DNA of 64,000 bases from Epithemia pelagica (lineage: Eukaryota > Protista > Bacillariophyta), in contig OX337237.1 in NCBI GenBank assembly GCA_946965045.2, forward strand, positions 2,232,001-2,296,000. Direction: 5' to 3'. The notes below the pieces were generated by a model. The model ran no database searches. It saw only the letters and a list, made by a program, of their open reading frames with translations, and was not told where the DNA came from. Shown here in pieces: positions 59,189 through 64,000 of this stretch. Position numbers and translations under genes: made by a program. The first letter of the stretch is position 1. Each line of letters starts with the position of its first letter.

Positions 59189-60768
59189 TCACATCATCTC
59201 CGAAAATCTAACCAAAGCTTCCACCGATGCCTTTGCATCGGTGTATCGCTCCACCATGGTCATTGATGGTAAGATTCCTCGACCTCTCAAATGCTTTCTC
59301 CATCGATTGTTTGCCTCTAACACTTCTGTCGGTATCCCCCGATTCTGCGCCTCTGTTGTTGCGCCTCTTCTCAACGATCGTCGGACACTGTATGCTTCTT
59401 CAATCTTTGTTGTGTCCGAGATCAACTGAGGAAATCGGTGTTGGATTCGCTTCCACAGATCGTGAAACAACACATCCAAGTCACCCACCGAAGCTCTCGC
59501 AATTTGTCCTTTACGCTTCTTTTTTACCCGAAACAACGGGCCCGTGGTCACTTGGACTGCGTCCCAACTCCTGATGGCTCTTTCAAACCACACTCGCACT
59601 TCAATCCCAGAGCTTGTCTTGTCTGCCAAGAGATGAATATATATTCTGAATGTTCCGTTGGTTTGCTTGAAGCGACCCGCGAGTGCCAATGGTACGTGTT
59701 TCTTGCGAGGGTACTCGAGTCCTTCCTCCCAATATTTTCTCTTAAACCGATGTCGATCTGGGGAATTTCTTCTCCCCTCAAACCTGCTACGAAGCCAGCC
59801 ACAATCAACGCTCCTGTCAAAGCTACCTCTCTTTTGCGCACGCCTTGCAATCCACCTCGCCATTCATCCTCCAAGATGGAGAGTCCTGCCTTGACTTCGT
59901 CCAACGTTGTCGCCTGGTCTGGAATCCAGACATCACCCATCCTCCGATGACAACCAGTCATGAAGCGTTTATACCAGTGGGAGTTTGTCGGGCTCTCGCT
60001 AAAGAACAAGCCGCCTCTCTCCCCATAACCAACGGTCGCCAAACCTGTTCCCCCCGGAAGGGTGTGGTAAAAATTTGACACAGCCGATCGCACCTTCCGA
60101 GCTGTCTCGAACTGAATGCGACGAGCGTTGCGGCCCGGGTTCATTGTCTTCATGAGCATAAGGCAGGCTACATTGAGTCCTTGTTCGTTTCCGATGGGGC
60201 ATGGGCCTCTTTGCGGCAAAGGCTCTTCCAAACCCATTGCCTCACCAGTCTCGACGAGTCCCTTCACCTCCAGCCAATTTTTCTCTACCGTCGTCCTCTC
60301 ACGTGACCAAAACGCACCCAAGATCGCTCTTCTGATACAGAGCAGCAGTAGTTTATCCGCTTCTTTCTGCTCATTCGGGAATCGTCCCTGCAAGTTGAAG
60401 AAGCTGCATTCGTCGCACTGGAAGGTCACCATCAAATCATCACCAATCCGCGCCTCCTGAAAACGCATCTCGTCGTCAGCCATCTCGCCGTGCAGCTCGG
60501 TATCCAACAACGCATCATCCAAGTCACCTGCCTTGTATACAGGGAACTTGTCCTCTGCCAGTTGACAGTAACACCTTGCATGCCATATACCACAACACGT
60601 TCTACTCGTCCCCCTTGTACTCCCAAAGTTGGAGCAAACAATCCCGGACAGCGGTTGGACCGGATGTCCACAGTTCTTGCAATTCCCCGTCCACTTTGTC
60701 CAATAGCGTCTTTTTTTGTTTGACCTGCCAAGGTTGACTGTAAAGAAAGGGGCAAACAAAAGCAACAA
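59189..60768 (-). pseudogene. Tyrosine recombinase, frameshifted near 59740
   Basis: ORF 59548..60768 (up to GLRGEEIPQIDIG) and ORF 59189..59863 (from RKYWEEG to RSLRRGAT...ERY) overlap in different frames. The 5' end overlaps the RT-RH-MT ORF. Confidence 0.82.
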
Positions 60769-63700
60769 TCAAAGGTTCGTGTTGAGACTTGCTCCAAAGA
60801 GTGCTGCCAACGGGCACAGTAAACACAAAATCCGCCACTTTGCCCAATTTTTTTCGCCAACGGTTGGTCATCAGAGCAGGGCAAGCAAACACGTGTCCGG
60901 TTCGGGTTCTGATGTGCCGAGCTTCACACAATTGGTCGACGGCTACATCCGCAATAGCGGGAGGTGGCAGCCATATGAAATGATCTTCCTCGAAAGCTTG
61001 ATCAAACCAATCCTTGGTATCGAGTTGCTTCCACGAAAGAAAAGGTGTGCAGCTTTTTAGCCAGTCTGTCAACCCACTTTGGCGCTCTTCTGCGGTCTTG
61101 TTGAGAGGGACATACAGCAACATGTCCCCTCCGGCCATAACTCCTGTCATCAAATCACCTCGGGACAGACCATCTGTCCCTTGCTCAATCATTCGTGTTC
61201 CAGCCACCCAGATCACTCGAACAAAGACTTTACCCAACATTTCAAGTCGCTTCGTTCGCAAGACCAGTTTGTACAAGAGCGGCGTTGAAGATGTTCCTCT
61301 GAAGAAGGCGGATTCGGCGGTCAAGTTGTTGGTGAACATAAAAATTTCAGCTCCTTTTGGTATGGTGCCGTCCTTCACAAGCGCCTCTAGCCTGAGAACC
61401 AGGTTGTACAGTTCCCTATAATTTGAGGACCTCCCTCCGTATGCCCGAGTCCAAAGTCCGTGTTCGGTTTCTACAGTTGGAGAACCATAGATCCAAAGCG
61501 AGGATCCAAAACCTTCGCCAGATGCATCTCCAAAAATGATTGCCACCTTCGCTCCCTTTCTTGGACGAGCGAGAATCTTTGGCGGTGTCTCATCCTTAGT
61601 CAATTCACTCAAGGCCGCCACATCGCTCGCAAATCGTGGAGCCGGCGATACTTCCTTCGGTGGAGCCTCTTGGTTAGATACTTCGCTCACTTTTCGCTTT
61701 CTCCGATCTTTCTCTGGGAGTCGCCAACCTTCAGCATCTCTATCGGATCGCCAAGTTTCTAAGGTCAAGTGTATCCCTTTAAGGTAAGGGACCATTGTGT
61801 CGAAAGTCAACGAAACGTACACCAAGAAACCTCTAACTCGCTCCAATTCTTTTCTATTGATCTTGCCGCCTGTCGCTGCCCATCCCTTGAGCGTGTTGAT
61901 GTGCGCCCTGGTCTTGTCCCACCGTTCTTGTGATACTGTCTTATATACGTCGCCATTTTTGTCAGTTCCTACCACCGCTCCAGCCCATGCACCAGGAGTC
62001 TTGCTGGGAGGTCTGCGTTTTCTGACTGCATCCTGCAATCCAAAATAGGCAGCTCCCTTGGCCATCTTACTTGTGGCCGCCCAAGCCTCCTCCTCTGTCG
62101 GTGCCGTCTCCCTCAAATCATCTACATAGGGATGAACATCCGCCGCAATTTCACCATTGTCTCGAATTTTGCTGATCCAAGGTACACTTGGATCATAATC
62201 GGCGTCTCCTGGTAATTTCAAGCGGACGTCCACCCAACCAAACACGTTGCTTGGGTCTAACCTGTCACCAAATGTAATTCTCTTTACTCTTTGCGCATTC
62301 TGAGTGGCTTGATAGGGTGATGTGGTTAATCCCATGGCACATCGCGTCCATGCCTCCCACAGTCTCGTTCTTCCGAATCGGTTCTTTAACTCTTCTGGAA
62401 ACAAGTCTGTGATATCTATGCCCGTGTAGTGTCTCAAGTCTGGATGTAACCAGAAATTAAGAAACATTTTGCCGAAATCATTGTCGGCTGACCATGTTCG
62501 CGACTCTACAGTCCGTAACATGGAATTTACATTTCCAAGGCCAAACCACGGAGCGAACAAGGACGCATGCAATCCGCTTTTGGTTCCATCATATACCATA
62601 CGGATGTCTTCCTCACCTTTTGGTACCGAGAAAAAACTCGTAAGTGATTTGATCCCATCCGTTGGTGCAATGTATCCCCGCGTCCTAACCTTGGTGAGCT
62701 TCTTTTTCTCGAAAGCTCGTTGCTTCTCGTCTGGATTAGCCTGCTGTCTCATCGGTACGAAGGTGGCTTTCCAATCCACATCGGCTCTATGCCATCACGC
62801 ATCTCGCGGAGCCATTGGGCATCGGGCATCCTCCAAAAGAATGGTGAGGATCCTTTGTCCCAATCCCACCATGATGCCTGAGAAGCGTGGATCAAAGCAC
62901 TCAGACCCGCCTTGAGAGTTCGCTCTCTTAAATCATCATCGTCTCGAAATCGTTGAGATCGAAACCACAACCAAAACTCTGAGCAAACCAAACGCTTCCA
63001 ATATCTCAGAGCTCCTCGCCGGATGATCTCGAGGGCTTTGATACACTTTGCCTGTTTCTTCACATCTTGAATCTGCAACTTGCTGCAGATGCGATCGTCC
63101 CACAGGTAAGTAGGGATTTCTGCGTCATCCGATTTCGTCGCCTTCAAATTTCTATCCTCACGTCTCTCCTCAACATTCAATGAACCAACTCCTTCTTCGC
63201 TGTCAGGTGCGGCATACAAAGCATCTGCATCTGTCATTCGCAATCCTTCGGAGTCCAATTCATCCCGTTGAGAACTTTCGTTCCGATCCAACGTCCCATC
63301 CGCCTGATTTCCATCTACCTGTTCATCTTGTTCGTGATCACCACTCATCCATTCTCGCAAAGCTAGGGCAATCTGAACCCTCGCCTTGAATGGCACCACC
63401 AATTCATCAATCCAACAATTCAACTCTCGTTGTGAAGCCCTTTTGTGCAATTCCGCGGGAAAATCAAGGGCTATGGCCAGTTCTTGAGGAGCGAAACGAC
63501 GTCGAACATATGAGGTCATTGCAAAAACACTTGGCATCGTATGAACCCGATGTCTGTCCTTTTTCCAATTCATTTTCCGATCCATCACGTTCACGCCTTC
63601 CTTAGTGGGATCATAGTCCCTCGGCGCTGAGCATTCGCTCCCATTGATGGTTGGATCGACCACTCCGCTCATTGTTGTCCTTTCCAATCCTGGCTCCACA

Positions 63701-64000
63701 AAGTCCCTCCAACAATCTGCAAAACGACATGAACCTTCCTTTCCCACCACGCGCTCGGCCAAATGAATCAAACATTCCTGGGTGGTGACTCCGCCCAGCT
63801 CATTGTGCCGGAGACGAATTAGCGTCGTGTTCCACCCCGAACCTTCATCGCCATTGTACGGTCCTGCTCCTTTCCGTCCACCGATCCAACAAACCACTCG
63901 AACCGACTTCATCGTCCACACCGGATGACTAGGCCCGGGTGCTAATCCCCCATCGAAGAAGACAATATCCACTTCCGGACGGTTGTCCCAAGATTGCGGA
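60602..64000 (-). pseudogene. Pol-like polyprotein, frameshifted near 62750, with an RNase H D-to-N substitution
   Basis: ORF 62749..63972 (open to the window edge) ends GKPPSYR*, and the RT frame resumes at RQQANPDE...KVRTRGYI. FTNN stands where FTDN is expected. Confidence 0.82.

Larger units (their letters stand above)
58800..64000 (-). mobile_element. DIRS-like tyrosine-recombinase retrotransposon (MTase-like region, RT, RNase H, Dam-like MT, YR); decayed, runs off the window; left boundary approximate
   Basis: RT: FFSVPKG, IRMVYDGT, MGLTTSPY, YVDD. RNase H: FGDASG, SSNYREL, GTDGLSRG. MT: WLPPP...ACPALMTNRW. YR: LRGEE, RSLRRGAT, MVERY. Confidence 0.88.

Noticed and set aside
1-64000. Prokaryotic defence island, retron or DGR interpretation of the RT, recombinase and methylase genes
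   Set aside because: Spliceosomal introns and eukaryote-specific genes surround them, and the RT-RH-MT-YR order is that of DIRS-class retrotransposons.

Overview
Eukaryotic nuclear DNA, most likely from a pennate diatom (inferred from short GT-AG introns, compact gene spacing, a CoDi-type Copia element and a DUF1800-DUF1501 fusion gene). No rRNA, tRNA or CRISPR array was seen. The left ~37 kb is mostly host genes: a TRIC-like channel, VPS29, APC5, mRNA cap N7-methyltransferase, a GRIP golgin, a giant secreted Cys-rich DUF1800/DUF1501 protein, two tandem small membrane proteins and ASCC3. It also holds a plant-type mariner with one nonsense codon and a 1.4-kb non-autonomous TIR element. The right ~27 kb is rearranged. 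A ~3.2-3.6 kb segment (purple acid phosphatase plus the 3' part of a low-complexity gene) occurs twice as a direct repeat. The two copies flank a truncated Ngaro-like tyrosine-recombinase (YR) retrotransposon and an intact Copia LTR element. At one breakpoint the retrotransposon RT is fused in frame to the host-gene tail. The Copia gag-pol junction has a virus-like UGA-CGG plus stem-loop readthrough signature. A second, decaying DIRS-like YR retrotransposon runs off the right end and appears to carry a degenerate C5-cytosine-methyltransferase-like domain upstream of RT, in addition to the usual Dam-like domain. All domain calls come from motif recognition by eye; no database searches were run.
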